Part shown: piece after piece, positions 12,040 through 31,766 of the stretch
Layout of the letters: each line of letters begins with the position of its first letter
Position numbering within the stretch: the first letter of the stretch is position 1
NCBI GenBank assembly: GCA_951406725.2
Contig: OX597817.1
Coordinates: 100,812,001 to 100,876,000 of the forward strand
Origin: Octopus vulgaris
Taxonomy: Eukaryota
Direction of reading: 5' to 3'
DNA length: 64,000 bases
Notes under the pieces: generated by a model
The model's input: only the letters and a program-made list of their open reading frames with translations
Told to the model about the DNA's origin: nothing
The model's database searches: none
Position numbers and translations under genes: made by a program

Positions 12040-13258
12040 AGGAGCCACCTAAGTCTGGAAGAGTTTTGGAGGAAGATATAGAGCAACAAAAGTAATGTAA
12101 AGCTGAAGCTCGCAAGGTAGAACGTGAGAAAGCGAGACTGGATGAAGTTGAGTAGAAATGGGAGGCAATAGGAGCAGAGGATCTAAGATGTGTTCTTAGA
12201 AAGTCTCACAAATGGAGAACCCCAGGGCTGGACCGGATTCCTAACTTCCGGCTGAACTGTTTCACAGAAGCACACCAAAAGTTTGCTCCATTCCTGACTG
12301 ATGTCACCCATAACCCAGAGCAAATACCCGTGTGGTTGACCGAAGGAACAACATACCTTCTACAAAAAAGCAGAAGACACAAAGAATCCAAAGAACTACC
12401 CTCCAATAACGTGTCTCAAGATCCTCACATCCATTCTAACTAAAAGGATACACACTTTCCTTGAACAGCATTCTATCCTTTCTCAAGTTCAAAAAGGTTG
12501 TAAAAAGAATACTTATAGATGCAAAGATCAATTACTCATAGATAAAATAATTGCCAGAGCAAAAAAGAACCTGAGTTTTTCATGGATAGACAAGCGTTTG
12601 ATAGTTTCCAGCATAATTGGCTACTCAAGGCTCTTGAGATATATAAGAACTCTCCTGTAGCATGCCCAAGTCTAATACATGTCCATTGTAATGGGATGAG
12701 CCAATCTAACACCATCAATATGAAACGTGGCATCTTTCAAAGTGATTCCCTCTCCCCATTACTCTTTTGCATGACACTAATATCACTCTCAAACAAACTG
12801 AGTAACACCAGGTATGGGTTCAAATATGTATAATATGAAAGTAAATCATCTGTTTTATATGGACGATCTGAAGCTGTTTGCTAGAAATGACGAAGAGCTA
12901 GTAGAGCTGTTAATAATTGTTAACGAGTTTAGCAATGACATTGGGATGGACTTTGGCCTTGATAAGTGTGCTAAAGCAATTTTTGTAAGAGGAAATCAGA
13001 TACCAATGCTACCATCAAAGAGCTTGACCCACAAGGAAGCTGTAAATACCTGGGGATAAACGAAGGAGACGGTATACAACATGCTACTACGAAGGAAAAA
13101 TACGTCGCGGGATGTCCTGTGCCGACACCGAACGAATATAAAAATCACTCGCCTTCCCTAAGCTTTCAGTCATATTGTAATATCTCTTATCCTTCACTCG
13201 TCCTAGGATGCTGTGTGTGTGTCGAGGACTGATTGTAACAAACAAGCAGATTAAAAGT
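12040..13258 (+). mobile_element. Internally deleted Dong/R4 copy of the 7538-11035 family, opposite orientation (duplicate ~24461-25679)
   Basis: RGIFQSDSLSPLLF, HLFYMDDLKLF, FGLDKC; jumps at ~13105 to a 3' UTR matching the reverse complement of 7540-7655; ends in (AAT)n 13258-13337. Confidence 0.85.
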
Positions 13259-13259
13259 A

Positions 13260-13337
<78 letters not shown>

Positions 13338-13344
13338 TACTATT

Positions 13345-13702
13345 ATTTGTTTGGCTTTGGCATTGTAGTTGTACAAGTTGACTTGGAGTCAACTTGTCTC
13401 ACCCAGAGACCTCAAGAGACAACAAGTTAGTTGAAGTTGGTGTTATGTCTATGGCGGCATATTCTTAGCGTTTCACAGAGTATTATTCTAGAGAATATCT
13501 ACCAAAACATAAGTAAATTAGAAGTCTGTTATAAAAGTAATTTGATTATAAGATGTTAGTGCGATATTATGATGACAGATAAAGGTGTTTGTTGATATGT
13601 ACATTTTAAAGTATTCTATCTACAGATAAAAATGTTTTTGGGATTACATAGGCAATATTTTACGCAGGATTTGATCAGTTCCCATGAGCACTGTTTTGAA
13701 TC
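13345..13702 (-). mobile_element. Dong/R4 3' end, same subfamily as 11175-11662 (duplicate ~25766-26123)
   Basis: Shared UTR gtctcac..agaaacctcaagagacaacaag; ORF end VLMGTDQILRKILPM. Confidence 0.75.
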
Positions 13703-13747
13703 TCTTCTTCTTCTTCTTCTTCTTCTTCTTCTTCTTCTTCTTCTTCT

Positions 13748-13794
<47 letters not shown>

Positions 13795-13885
13795 TTCTTC
13801 TTCTTCTTCTTCTTCTTCTTCTTCTTTCTTCTTCTTCTTCTTCTTCTTCTTCTTCTTCTTCTTCTTCTTCTTCTTCTTCTTCTTC
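13703..13885. repeat. (CTT)n microsatellite (duplicate 26124-26311 with different interruptions)
   Basis: Direct inspection. Confidence 0.97.
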
Positions 13886-13891
13886 TGCTTC

Positions 13892-14215
13892 TGCGTCTAT
13901 GAAAACTCACAGATTGTTTTGCTGCGTATGATGGTAAGTGTCAGTTGTCCACAGTCAGGAGACTAAGGTGACGCTTGTTTACTGGTCATTCTTCAAGAAC
14001 CCTGCGAAGAATTCTTGCAGTTCCAAGCAATGCTGATTTTTGTAGGTGTTCTACCTTCACATTTGCACTAATCTTTTTTAGCCATGCTGGTAGTTCAGTG
14101 CTGATACTGCCAAGTGTACCAATTACTATTGGTATCATCGCACTTGATTTAATGTATCCCACAGGATTTTACAATTCTCATTTTCGGTAACTCCTTCAGG
14201 AATTTGCTCATACAA
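13892..14215 (-). mobile_element. 3' end of a further Dong/R4 subfamily (duplicate ~26318-26641)
   Basis: MIPIVIGTLGSI...LQKSALLGTARILRRVLEE*. Confidence 0.8.
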
Positions 14216-14223
14216 CGTCTTTG

Positions 14224-14276
<53 letters not shown>

Positions 14277-14429
14277 TATTATTATTATTATGATTAGTAG
14301 TAGTAGTAGTAGTAGTAGTAGTTTGCATTTCATCCTTTTGGGGTTGTAAAATAAGTACCAGTGAAGCATTGGGATCGATGTAAAGTTTCAGGCTTTGTGC
14401 CTATACTCGAAATGATCAATATTATTATT

Positions 14430-15048
<619 letters not shown>

Positions 15049-18000
15049 CATTATTATCATTATGTATTTCTCCGTCCGTTGCTTTCATGGTGAGAAAAAG
15101 AAATAATAATAATATTAATAATAATGGTTTCAAATTTTGGCACAAGGACAGCAAAGTCGGGGAAGCGGGTAAGTCGTTTACATCGACTCGGGTGCTTGAA
15201 TGGTACTTATTTTATTGACTCCGAAAGGACAAAAGGCAAAGTCGACCTCGGAGGAGCTTGAACTCAGGACGTAAAGACGGACGAAAGCATTTTCCTGGCG
15301 TATTAATGATTTTGCCAGTTTGCCACCTTACAACAACAGCAACAACAACAACAACGACAATGACCACGACGATGATGATTACGAGGATGGTGATAGTGAC
15401 AACAACAACAACAACATTAACAGTAATAAGGCGGCGAGCTGGCAGAAACGTTAGCACGCCGGGCGAAATGCTTAGCGCTCTTTCGTCTGCCGCTACGTTC
15501 TGAGTTCAAATTCCGCCGAGGTCGACTTTGCCTTTCATCCTTTCGGGGTCGATTAAATAAGTACCAGTTACGTACTGGGGTCGATATAATCGACTTAATC
15601 CGTTTGTCTGTCCTTGTTTGTCTTCTCTGTGTTTAGCCCCTTGCGGGTAGTAAAGAAATAATTGTTTCGTCTGCCATTACGTTCTGAGTTCAAATTCCGC
15701 CGAGGTCGACTTTGCCTTTCATCCTTTCTGGGTCAATTAAATAAGTACCAGTTACGCATGGGGTCGATATAATCGACTTAATCCTTATGTCTGTCCTTGT
15801 TTGTCCCCTCTATGTTTAGCCCATTGTGGGCAATAAAAAATAAGAAATAAGAATAATTATCTTTGAGTCTCTTGTTTCTATTTTGTATCATCGAGTTCAA
15901 ACTATTGTCCTGAGGCTAGACAAGGAAGACGTCGTACTTCGAGGATTGCACCCTCCCGCGTACTTATGCTCTTCCTAAGCAGGTTGATATTTTTAGTTCT
16001 TGTTGGGTGATATTTCCTGGGATTCTGTTTGAGAAATTTCCCACTCCCTTTTTAATCAACCCAAGTCATTCGATCTCTGCTGTTATGGATGACTGGTCAT
16101 GTCCCACCTTCTTCAGATCTCATTCTCGATGTTATATATAGTCAGTCTTTCTATGAACTTAACCGCGATGTTACACTTTTCTGGTATCGTTATATCAATC
16201 ACCATGTGGGTTTTACGTTTGAAATTATTCATTGTGAAGTTATTATTCATTTGTTCATTTGTTTTCGTTGATTTTCCAATCTTTCTGCACCGCTGTGTCC
16301 CATAGGATGATAACTTTATCATTCTAGGCAACTGTTTACGTTTATGATGATAAAAGTTTTCAGAGATTTTGATGTTGTGTTTCCCGTAGCTTTTCCAGTA
16401 CAGTTATAGTAATATTTTGTAGCGATAAATATGTTCATTTTATTTTTTAGTTTGTGCTAATTTAAAAACATTCGGTTCTTGGGAGAATATTTTTGTCTCT
16501 TTCATGACTGAATAGATCTTGTTACTGTTTTCATCATGCTTGACAATTTCCAAAAGTGGTGGTGAGACGGGTCTTCTGATGTTGAGAGGTAGGTGGTGGT
16601 TTTGTAGTTTAGTTTGAGTTACACAAAACCTCTACTTATCTCTGCTTTTCATAAGTAAGATCTGTCAACATCTGCCTTTGTATGGTACATTTTGGCTTGG
16701 TCAGCATTTTCCTTGTTTTGGTATCAACCATAACAAGTGTATCGATGCATTTAGTTCAGTCTTTAGTATTATTCTTATTCCCCTCTAATACTCTTTTCGT
16801 ATTCTCTCTTTCGCAGCAGAGTATTGCATATCATCTTCATTAACTTTTAGGTATTCATGTGTGCTTTCTTAACTAAGTTCCTTGATTTCGGTGGCATTTC
16901 AGTAACTTGCTTGAATGTAAATTTAGCATATCTTATCTGAACTTCACTTTAAAATCATCACGGAAGCTCTTCATAATTGTTAATAGGCCAACTTGTTATC
17001 ATTCCAGGTCGTCCATATGAAACAAATTGCTGTTTCAATTTGCTGTTTTCCGTTTCATACTTGCCGGAAATGTTATTGAGTGAAGTGCTGAGTGGTGTTC
17101 ACGCATCCCTAAAAAAAATTCTGCTGATGCCGGTGGATTTTAAAGTTGATGATCCTAGCTTGTGTTGTTTACCAAATGTTCACCCTCTCTTTTTTGAAAA
17201 TGGTGGTTATAGGTCAAATTTTACAAATTTCAACGACCTTCACTATTTTAGGCATTTCTTTTGTAGTCAACTCAGGCTGCTGGTAAGTTTCTTTCTTGAT
17301 TTGGTTATGAAGATGCATTTATTTATCTATGCAACTGGTTTATTTATTTATGCAACTGGTTATGAAGATGCATTTATTTATTTATTTATGCAACTGGTTT
17401 TTGCACCTATAACTTCCACTTCTATATTTCTCAACTACTGGTAGGAAGTTATTGATGATTAAAAGGGTGTATATCATCTCGGTGATAAGATCTGGTAAGA
17501 TAAATCTTGGGCTAGCCTGCTTGGATTATCATCTGAATCTTTTACGGCATGGTTGGACGCATTGGTTCCGTCTTAGTTGGTGCTGAAAAGATATTTTGTC
17601 CAGAAATCCGCCGACCCATCAAGTTCAGGTAACTTCTGGATACTAGTGTTTTTTATGGCACTTGTGGTTTCAGTCATATGAGCATCCATAGTTAGCTATG
17701 CTCTCTTTTGACCCCCTCTGTTTTTGTATTCAAGATATTTCCATTTTGTAGTTCTTGTCACTTTACACAATTTTGCTCCAGAAATTTCAACTACAATTTT
17801 GTTCGTTGATTTCTATTTTCTTTTTCCGCCATATATTTGTATATTCTCTGAAGGTTTTATTCTATCTAAAGAAGTCACTTCTTTTCTCATATCTCATCAA
17901 TCTGTGTGTTGTTGCTTGGATCTTTTATATGAGTATTTCTATTACTGATAATCTATCAGTCGACTATCTGATGTTGAGTCATCTCTCTAGTTGTTCTCTC

Positions 18001-18550
18001 TCTGTATTTTTGATATTTTTCCATTCTTCTATTTCACTCAAGAAAGATGAGTCTTCACGTAGTCTTTTCATCTATTTCTCTATCTTAGCCTTTCATTTTG
18101 GTTGTTTTCTTTTTCTTTGTGACTTTTTCCTGGATATTTCACTCATTGTTAGCATATATCAATTATCTGATTTCTGTTAAATTGATTGATTTCCGTTGAT
18201 ATCTCTTCATTATGACATTGACTTTGTGTAAAGCCAAGTTTGATAGTTTTCTTGGCCTGTCTCTTGTTTCTTGATTTTAAGCGATAAAGATCGTTGGTTT
18301 GAGGAATTTCTTTGACCGCTTTCTGCTTCTCGATGTTTTTACATGTATGTTAGTGTTTCTTCATCCTACTCTTTGCCTTGTTGATGTGCTGTCCCAGACA
18401 CTTGGATTGGGAATGATTCTATAGGAACTTCGTCTTGTTTCTATTATCTCAAGGTTTTGGTCTGATCGTTAAAGGGCTATTTTTAGACTGTGTGTAACAT
18501 TGTAGTTCTTGGTATATCGTTTATATTTTCAAATTGTATCGGCTTATTTT

Positions 18551-18657
18551 GTATTGCTTCGGCAATGCATATACTAAAATTGGAAAGATACAGAGAAGAA
18601 TAGCATGGCCCCTGCACGAGGATGACACCGCAAATTTGCGAAGCGTTCCATATTTTT
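18551..18657 (+). ncRNA. U6: U6 snRNA copy (duplicate of 6121-6227)
   Basis: Same sequence in duplication unit 2. Confidence 0.92.
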
Positions 18658-18949
18658 CTAAGGTGGTGAGCTGGTAGAATCACCAGCACGCGGAAACTAA
18701 AATGCTTGGTGGCATTTCTTCCGTTTTTACGCTATGGGTTCAAACACCGCTGAGGTCGACTTCGCCTTTTGTCCTTTCGGGGTCGATAAAATAAATACCA
18801 ACTGAGTATTGGGATCGACATAATCGACTTCCAATTGCTCTCAAAATTTCTGGTTCGTTAATTGAAAGACGCATAGAAGTAATTAGGTGTAATAAGGAGG
18901 TTTAAGGCTAACAAGTAAGTTAAGGTTAACTGAAATCTTCGAGGTTACT

Positions 18950-19567
18950 AAATGCTCTGTGAGAAAATATGGAAAAATGTTAACATATCTTAGCATAACT
19001 TGTCTTTAATGAAAATAGCTATGTCTATTCTCATAGTGATTAACAATGTTCTTACCGAAATGGTTATATATACGTCGTATATACGTTGTATATATAACCT
19101 TTCTATGTCAGATTTTGGGTGGTGCATCCTAAATCCTGTCATTATATTTCTTGTTTTTCTGTCTATTTTTATTAGTTCATTTAATGTCCAGTTAAAGATA
19201 TTGTAGCTGTAATTTTGTAGTGCTTGTACACAGAGCTAAATGTGAAAAATAAGATAATAGGTATCAACACTCTAGCCGTTCCAGTTAACATATGTTAACT
19301 GGGACGGCTACAAAATTACAGCTACAATATCTTTAACTGGACACTAAATGAACTAATCAAGATAGACAGGAAAACAAGAATTATAATGACAGTATTTAGG
19401 ATGCACTACCCAAAATCTGACATAGAAAGGTTATATATGCAACGTATATATAACCATTTCGGTAAGAACATTGTTAATTACTATGAGAATAGACATAGCT
19501 ATTTTCATTAAAAGCAAGTTATGCTAAGATACGTAAACAATTTTCCATATTTTCTCACAGAGCATTT
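18950..19567. repeat. Long inverted repeat/foldback (duplicate of 6520-7137)
   Basis: Copy in unit 2. Confidence 0.93.
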
Positions 19568-19798
19568 GAGCTCTGTTTTCAGTATTAATATAACTCGTCT
19601 ATAGTATTCTTTTTTATTTTCTCTTTCATTTGTGTGTGTTGTATCGTATCTAGTTGATTGATTCCTAAGTATTTGTATGTCTGGCTTTGATCTAATTCTC
19701 GCATTCCGTTTGCTTATCTACTGTGATGTTGCTTCTGTTAATTAGTTTTCCTCTTTTCAATGTTGCTGTGGCACATTTTTCTAGGCCAAATTTCATGC

Positions 19799-19875
<77 letters not shown>

Positions 19876-19895
19876 GTTATTATTATTATTATTAA

Positions 19896-19955
<60 letters not shown>

Positions 19956-19958
19956 CAT

Positions 19959-22900
19959 TTAATTTTAATTTGCATGTTTGTTACAATCACTCACCGAGAC
20001 ACACCCAGCGTCCTAGGGCGAGTGAATGATAAGAGATGTTAGAATATGATTGAAAGCTTGGGGAGGGCGAGTGGCAGGAGCAGTAGCAAAATATCTTCAT
20101 GTAACACAATACGGACGTTTAAATTGATAAGGCTTTTCTAAGGATGCGGGCAGTACTTGTCAGCACAATCTTTTGGATTTTCCTGAGACATCCTTAGGAT
20201 GTTATCTAGATGTTTCTGACAACCTTTTTTTATCATACATAGGGCACCCATAATAACAGGAACAGTTTTCACTTTTAGATGCCACATCTTTTGTATTTTA
20301 ATTTCCTAGTCCTTATATTTTATTAATTTATCAAATTCTTTTATATATATATTTTTTTATCAGTGGGAACACTTACATCCATTTGTCTACAAGCATTTTT
20401 TTCACCGTCTTTACTGACTATGTCTGGTCGATTACCCTGGATCGTTCTGTCGGTGTTGACTGGAAAATCCCAGAGGATAGTGTCATTTTTATCTTCAACA
20501 AATGGCTCAAGATGATGTTCATTACCAGTAAGCAGGAATGTTGATTTTGTACTGTTTACATATCTTACAATGTAAATACTGTCCTACCCTATCATGGCGA
20601 TTTTTGTATTCGTTTGGTGTCATCATAAGGCATCCAGAGACGAGATGGTCTATTGTTTCACCAAATGTGTCGCAGAATCTGCATTTAGAGTCAGAACCGT
20701 TTTGAAGAACGTTAGCCTAGTAGTTTTTGATAAGCAAACTTTGATCTTGTGTCGCAATTATGAAACCCTCAGTCTCTGCTTTCACTCTTGAACTTCTCAA
20801 CAACTGATGAGTTGCTACTTGGTCTACATCAGTATTTCGGCTTCGAAGTATATACTGTCCAATCAGAGGCTTCTGGCTCCACCCTCGTCAATTTGTTTCT
20901 GCCTGTTATGTTTTGCAATCTGCTTGATCCACTTTGCTCGTTTGGTAGCAGTGGTTTCAGGTTCTTCTAATTCAGGGTGAATGCTAAGTTCCTTTGCGAT
21001 TTTGCAAGCTTCCTTGACAATAGAACGTGATTTTTTGCTGCTTTCATGTTTGCACACAAGCCTCAGCATCCAATCCTCTGTACTAGATAAGTACCTGTTC
21101 ATTGCTTTTGTGGATGTCTTATAGCTCAATTCTACTTGCATCATTCCTCTCCCACCCTTACTTCCAGGTAGGTACAAACGATCAACGTCTGCTTTGGCTG
21201 ATGCATGTTCTTAAATGTTAGTAGTTTTCTTGTCTTCCCGTCCAGGAGTTAGAGCGCTGTAGGTTAAAACTATATTGAATTACTGGAAGTGCCAGTGTGT
21301 TAATGGTTCTGACGTGATTTTTGGAGTTGAGTTCAGTTTTTAGTATGTGTCTTATTCTGTAGTACTCTTTTCATATTTTTTCTTTCATGGTATTGTGTTG
21401 TATACCGTCTCATTCCTTTATCCCTAAGTATTTATAACTTTCTTGTGAACCAAGTTCCTTGATAGTAGCATTGGTATCTAATTTAATGAAAGCTATTTGT
21501 CTGAGCTTGTCTCTTACAAAAGTTGCTTTAGAACACTTATCGAGGCCAAAACTCATCCCGATGTCATTGCTAAACTCTTTAACAGTTATTAGCAGCCCTA
21601 CTAGCTCTTCGTTATTTCTGGCAAACAACTCCGAATCGTCCATATAAAACAGATGGTTTATTGTAGTATTATAAACATTGTGCCCATACCTGGTGATAGT
21701 CAGTTCGTTTGAGAGTGGGATTAGTGCCATGTAAAAGAGTAATGGAAAGAGGGGGACATCTTGAAAGGTGCCACGTTTGATGTTGATGTTGCTGGATTGG
21801 CTCATCCCCTTACTATGGTTTAGAAGGAGACGTGTGTTCCACTTGACCATGATACCTTGTAAGAATGTGGAGTCTACAGGAAAGATCTTATATATCTCAA
21901 GGGCCTTGAATAGCCAATTATGTGAGACATTAGCAAACGCTTTCCTGTAGTCTATCCATGCCATACTCAGGTTCTTCTTTTTCCTCCGGAAATTCTCTAC
22001 AATCACATTTTATTTATGAGTAATTGATCTTTGCAACCATAAGAATTTCCTTTACCTCTTTCAGCTTGTTGAACAATAGACTTCTGTTCAAGGAAAGCGT
22101 ATATTCTTTCAGTTAGTATTGATGTGAGGATCTTGTAGGTGGTATTGAGACATGTTATTGGTGGGTAGTCTGGATATTTTGTGTCTTCAGATTTTGGTAG
22201 AAGGTATGTTGTTCCTTCAATCAGACAGGCAGGTATTTGCTCTGGGTTCTGGATGACATGAGTTAGAGATGCAGCGGAATTTTGGTGTAATTCTATCAAA
22301 CAATCCAGCCAGAAATTAGGAATCCGGTCCAGTCTCATTTGTGAGACATTCTAAGAACCCGTCTTAGATCTTCTATTCCTATTGCCTCCCATTTCTGATC
22401 TTCAACTTCATCCAGTTTCACTTTCTCACGATCTATCCAGTCAGCTTCAGCATTATGTTATTTTTTGTTGCTCCATATCTTCCTCCAGAACTCTTTCAAT
22501 TCCTCAGTCTTAGGTGGCTCCTTTACTCCTATTTTACTTTTGCCAATTTCCCTATAGAATTTCTTTGCATCCTTCTTGAATACCTTGTTTTGTCGATAAA
22601 ATTTGATTTTTTTAATCTTACCTTCTGTGCCGTTGGGCTTTCAGCTGTATTCGCTGTTTCAATAGTTCCTTTGTTGCAGGGCGCTTTATAAAGTCTTTGA
22701 TTTCATATTTTTGCTTGATTCTTTCTAGCTTAATCATGCCAGTAAACTCAGTCTTGCTGAGTTGTATCATAATATCTTCTTTTGCTTCTATGATCTCTTT
22801 ATTATTCACCTCAAATTCTGTCATATCGATTTTGGTGTTCAGGGTTGACTTTTTAACATGACACCGCTTTCTTGTTCTTCGAATGTTTGTCATAACGTAG

Positions 22901-23456
22901 GCTGATAGATCAGAAATCGCCTCTATTTTATTTTGTGGGTAGCTATGTTTCCGGGCATAACTGATTAGTGATGTTTAAAACTGAATGACTAATTTGCTCA
23001 TTTTTATATTCGTTTGTGGAAAGTAGCTTGTTTTTGCTTGGTTTTGCGCCGCTCGTGGCAAATGTTTATTTTGTGTGTATAAGTGTACGTGTGTGTCGTA
23101 TAGGCATCATTTATGTTGCTTATAAATATTAAAATGTGCACATGTATGCATGAACAGTTGCATGTATAGGTAGTTATTCAATTTACGTACTTATGGTGTA
23201 ATTGATGTGTTTTTTCAGGGTTCCTGTGGTGGTTTCGACTTGCGTATGTCACATTGAGATATCGCGCATTTAAGAAAGAAACTACACTTTATATAACTCT
23301 CCAACTTTTTAGTTCCTTTGCTTTCACAGAACTTTTAAAACAGTTTTATTGCGAAGTTTTCTTTCCATTGCACTGATATTATTGAATTAAGTTTGTCTTG
23401 TGGAGAGAGCTTCTTAGTGTACGCCCATGTTGTTATGTAGCCTGGTGCTCCCTTCC
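19959..23456 (-). mobile_element. Dong/R4 retrotransposon (duplicate of 7538-11035)
   Basis: ORFs 20863..21177, 21410..22006, 22003..22338 identical to unit 1. Confidence 0.9.
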
Positions 23457-23486
23457 TTATTATTATTATCATCATCATCATCATCA

Positions 23487-23590
<104 letters not shown>

Positions 23591-25680
23591 TTAATTATAT
23601 GTTTGTCTGTTGTATTTGTACAAGTTAACTCCAAGTCTCACTCAGAAACCTCAAGAGACAACAAGTTCAAGTCGGTGTTATGACTAGGGTACCATATTGT
23701 TATGACTAGGGTTTGGCACAGAATTTTGTTCTAGAGTGGTCTGTCAAACCAAGAAAATTAAAAGTTTCTTTTAAAAGTAATTTGATGATAAGATGATAGT
23801 GTGATCTTAAGATGACATGTACATTTAAGAGAGTACTTTTGATAATGTTCACATATTAAAATGGTTTGGGAACTACACAAACAATATTTCTTTTATAATA
23901 TGAGTAGTTCCCATGAGCACTAGTTTTTGAATTTCTTCCATTTTTGGATTTTCTGGTATTTGAGATATGGAACAATCAGCCACTTTTGCTATCATTCCTA
24001 GAGTACCTATGACAACAGGTAGTGTTCTAGTTTTCAGGTTCCACATTTTACCAATTTCTGCTTCAAGATCTTTATATTTATATTAGTATTATTATTGAAT
24101 GAGAGAGCAGTGCATGCCATCAAAGTGACACTGGGGTGCAAATAGACGAAGCCCAATATACCCATTATGAATACCCATCTAATAAGGGTGCAACATATGT
24201 GCACCATATATATGCATCACAACCATATGCGCACGATATTGTGATCTTGGATCAAGATAAGCAGCACATGACCTTGCAGGTGAGGCCCAGTTAAGAATTT
24301 CTTCAGGTTGAGTAGTCCATCCCACTCAAAAGGTCCCTGAATATGGGTTGTTTAAAGATGATGAACGACACACCCATGTTTCCAGAGGTGAATTATTCAA
24401 ACTCATAGAATTCCTTTCAACACATGGCTATGATGATCTCCCCTCTACGTCTGCTCCCTTAGGAGCCACCTAAGTCTGGAAGAGTTTTGGAGGAAGATAT
24501 AGAGCAACAAAAGTAATGTAAAGCTGAAGCTCGCAAGGTAGAACGTGAGAAAGCGAGACTGGATGAAGTTGAGTAGAAATGGGAGGCAATAGGAGCAGAG
24601 GATCTAAGATGTGTTCTTAGAAAGTCTCACAAATGGAGAACCCCAGGGCTGGACCGGATTCCTAACTTCCGGCTGAACTGTTTCACAGAAGCACACCAAA
24701 AGTTTGCTCCATTCCTGACTGATGTCACCCATAACCCAGAGCAAATACCCGTGTGGTTGACCGAAGGAACAACATACCTTCTACAAAAAAGCAGAAGACA
24801 CAAAGAATCCAAAGAACTACCCTCCAATAACGTGTCTCAAGATCCTCACATCCATTCTAACTAAAAGGATACACACTTTCCTTGAACAGCATTCTATCCT
24901 TTCTCAAGTTCAAAAAGGTTGTAAAAAGAATACTTATAGATGCAAAGATCAATTACTCATAGATAAAATAATTGCCAGAGCAAAAAAGAACCTGAGTTTT
25001 TCATGGATAGACAAGCGTTTGATAGTTTCCAGCATAATTGGCTACTCAAGGCTCTTGAGATATATAAGAACTCTCCTGTAGCATGCCCAAGTCTAATACA
25101 TGTCCATTGTAATGGGATGAGCCAATCTAACACCATCAATATGAAACGTGGCATCTTTCAAAGTGATTCCCTCTCCCCATTACTCTTTTGCATGACACTA
25201 ATATCACTCTCAAACAAACTGAGTAACACCAGGTATGGGTTCAAATATGTATAATATGAAAGTAAATCATCTGTTTTATATGGACGATCTGAAGCTGTTT
25301 GCTAGAAATGACGAAGAGCTAGTAGAGCTGTTAATAATTGTTAACGAGTTTAGCAATGACATTGGGATGGACTTTGGCCTTGATAAGTGTGCTAAAGCAA
25401 TTTTTGTAAGAGGAAATCAGATACCAATGCTACCATCAAAGAGCTTGACCCACAAGGAAGCTGTAAATACCTGGGGATAAACGAAGGAGACGGTATACAA
25501 CATGCTACTACGAAGGAAAAATACGTCGCGGGATGTCCTGTGCCGACACCGAACGAATATAAAAATCACTCGCCTTCCCTAAGCTTTCAGTCATATTGTA
25601 ATATCTCTTATCCTTCACTCGTCCTAGGATGCTGTGTGTGTGTCGAGGACTGATTGTAACAAACAAGCAGATTAAAAGTA

Positions 25681-25758
<78 letters not shown>

Positions 25759-26649
25759 TACTATTATTTGTTTGGCTTTGGCATTGTAGTTGTACAAGTT
25801 GACTTGGAGTCAACTTGTCTCACCCAGAGACCTCAAGAGACAACAAGTTAGTTGAAGTTGGTGTTATGTCTATGGCGCCATATTCTTAGCGTTTCACAGA
25901 GTATTATTCTAGAGAATATCTACCAAAACATAAGTAAATTAGAAGTCTGTTATAAAAGTAATTTGATTATAAGATGTTAGTGCGATATTATGATGACAGA
26001 TAAAGGTGTTTGTTGATATGTACATTTTAAAGTATTCTATCTACAGATAAAAATGTTTTTGGGATTACATAGGCAATATTTTACGCAGGATTTGATCAGT
26101 TCCCATGAGCACTGTTTTGAATCTCTTCTTCTTCTTCTTCTTCTTCTTCTTCTTCTTCTTCTTCTTCTTCTTCTTCTTCTTCTTCCTCTTCTCTTCTTCT
26201 TCTTTCTTCTTCTTCTTCTTCTTCTTCTTCTTCTTCTTCTTCTTCTTCTTCTTCTTCTTCTTCTTCTTCTTCTTCTTCTTCTTCTTCTTCTTCTTCTTCT
26301 TCTTCTTCTTCTGCTTCTGCGTCTATGAAAACTCACAGATTGTTTTGCTGCGTATGATGGTAAGTGTCAGTTGTCCACAGTCAGGAGACTAAGGTGACGC
26401 CTGTTTACTGGTCATTCTTCAAGAACCCTGCGAAGAATTCTTGCAGTTCCAAGCAATGCTGATTTTTGTAGGTGTTCTACCTTCACATTTGCACTAATCT
26501 TTTTTAGCCATGCTGGTAGTTCAGTGCTGATACTGCCAAGTGTACCAATTACTATTGGTATCATCGCACTTGATTTAATGTATCCCACAGGATTTTACAA
26601 TTCTCATTTTCGGTAACTCCTTCAGGAATTTGCTCATACAACGTCTTTG

Positions 26650-26702
<53 letters not shown>

Positions 26703-27372
26703 TATTATTATTATTATGATTAGTAGTAGTAGTAGTAGTAGTAGTAGTTTGCATTTCATCCTTTTGGGGTTGTAAAATAAGTACCAGTGAAGCATTGGGA
26801 TCGATGTAAAGTTTCAGGCTTTGTGCCTATACTCGAAATGATCAATATTATTATTGAGTGAGAGAGCAGTGCATGCCATCAAAGTGACACAGATAAAATT
26901 ATACGAGGCCCAATATACCCATCATGACTACCCGTCTGTGTAGGGTACACCAGGCACATAAATCACAACTATATGTGCGCGACATGGCAATTTCATATCA
27001 AGTTAAACAGCGCATGACCTTGCAGGTGGGGCCGAGTTAGAATTTATTTTCTTCAGGTCGAATAGCCCATCCCGCTCAGAAGGACCCCGAATAAGGGATG
27101 CTTAAGGATGTTGAACGAAACAACCATGTTTCAAGAGAAAAATTAATCAAACTCCCCCAAATTTCTCTCAACACATAGCTATGATGCTCCCCCACTACTA
27201 TTGCAATTGATCAGAGATGCACATATTGCCAGCCACTAAAGGACACGTTCAACTGGTTAAGGTTGAACAAGTGACAAGCAAATCTCTGGTACTGTGCAGA
27301 ATATTTGCTGTAACCCATCTTTCATACTAAAACAAAACAAGTAACACTTCTAATCAGCTATGAGAGCCAGTG

Positions 27373-31282
<3,910 letters not shown>

Positions 31283-31445
31283 TATAATTGTACAAAATTT
31301 GGTACTTTCCTTCTTTCAATGATTTTAATGTCTGGCCGGTAATTGGATATCTTCGCTGTTGACTACCTGTCTTTTGTTCATGACTAATGTTGTGCACTTA
31401 TCTGAGCCAAATTCAGTGCTTATGTCTTTGCTGAAGAGTCTACAG

Positions 31446-31766
31446 CAGTGGTTCTTAACTTGGGGGTGCCCTGCCTCAGTAACTTCCAAGGGAGGAGCCC
31501 TTGAGGAAAAGCAAGAATTTCTCTAATTATATTTGTTATTCTTTTAACATGGTCAAATAATGAGAAATTTATGAAAAAATGCAAAAGTATCGCCTTATAC
31601 CTTTTGTCTTCTTAATCTACTATCTTAGCGCCGCTTACAATTTTCTGTATTTATTGGCCCCGCTTCATATCACTCAAAACTCTTACTAACTCTGAACTGT
31701 AACTTTAACATTTGCTTGTATTTTGTAATCTTTTTGTTACAACAAGACTCAGGTTAACAACCACTG
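31446..31766. mobile_element. hAT(Charlie)-like MITE remnant
   Basis: TIRs cagtggttcttaac / gttaacaaccactg (13/14); flanking 8-mers gtctacag / gtattaag match only 5/8. Confidence 0.55.
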
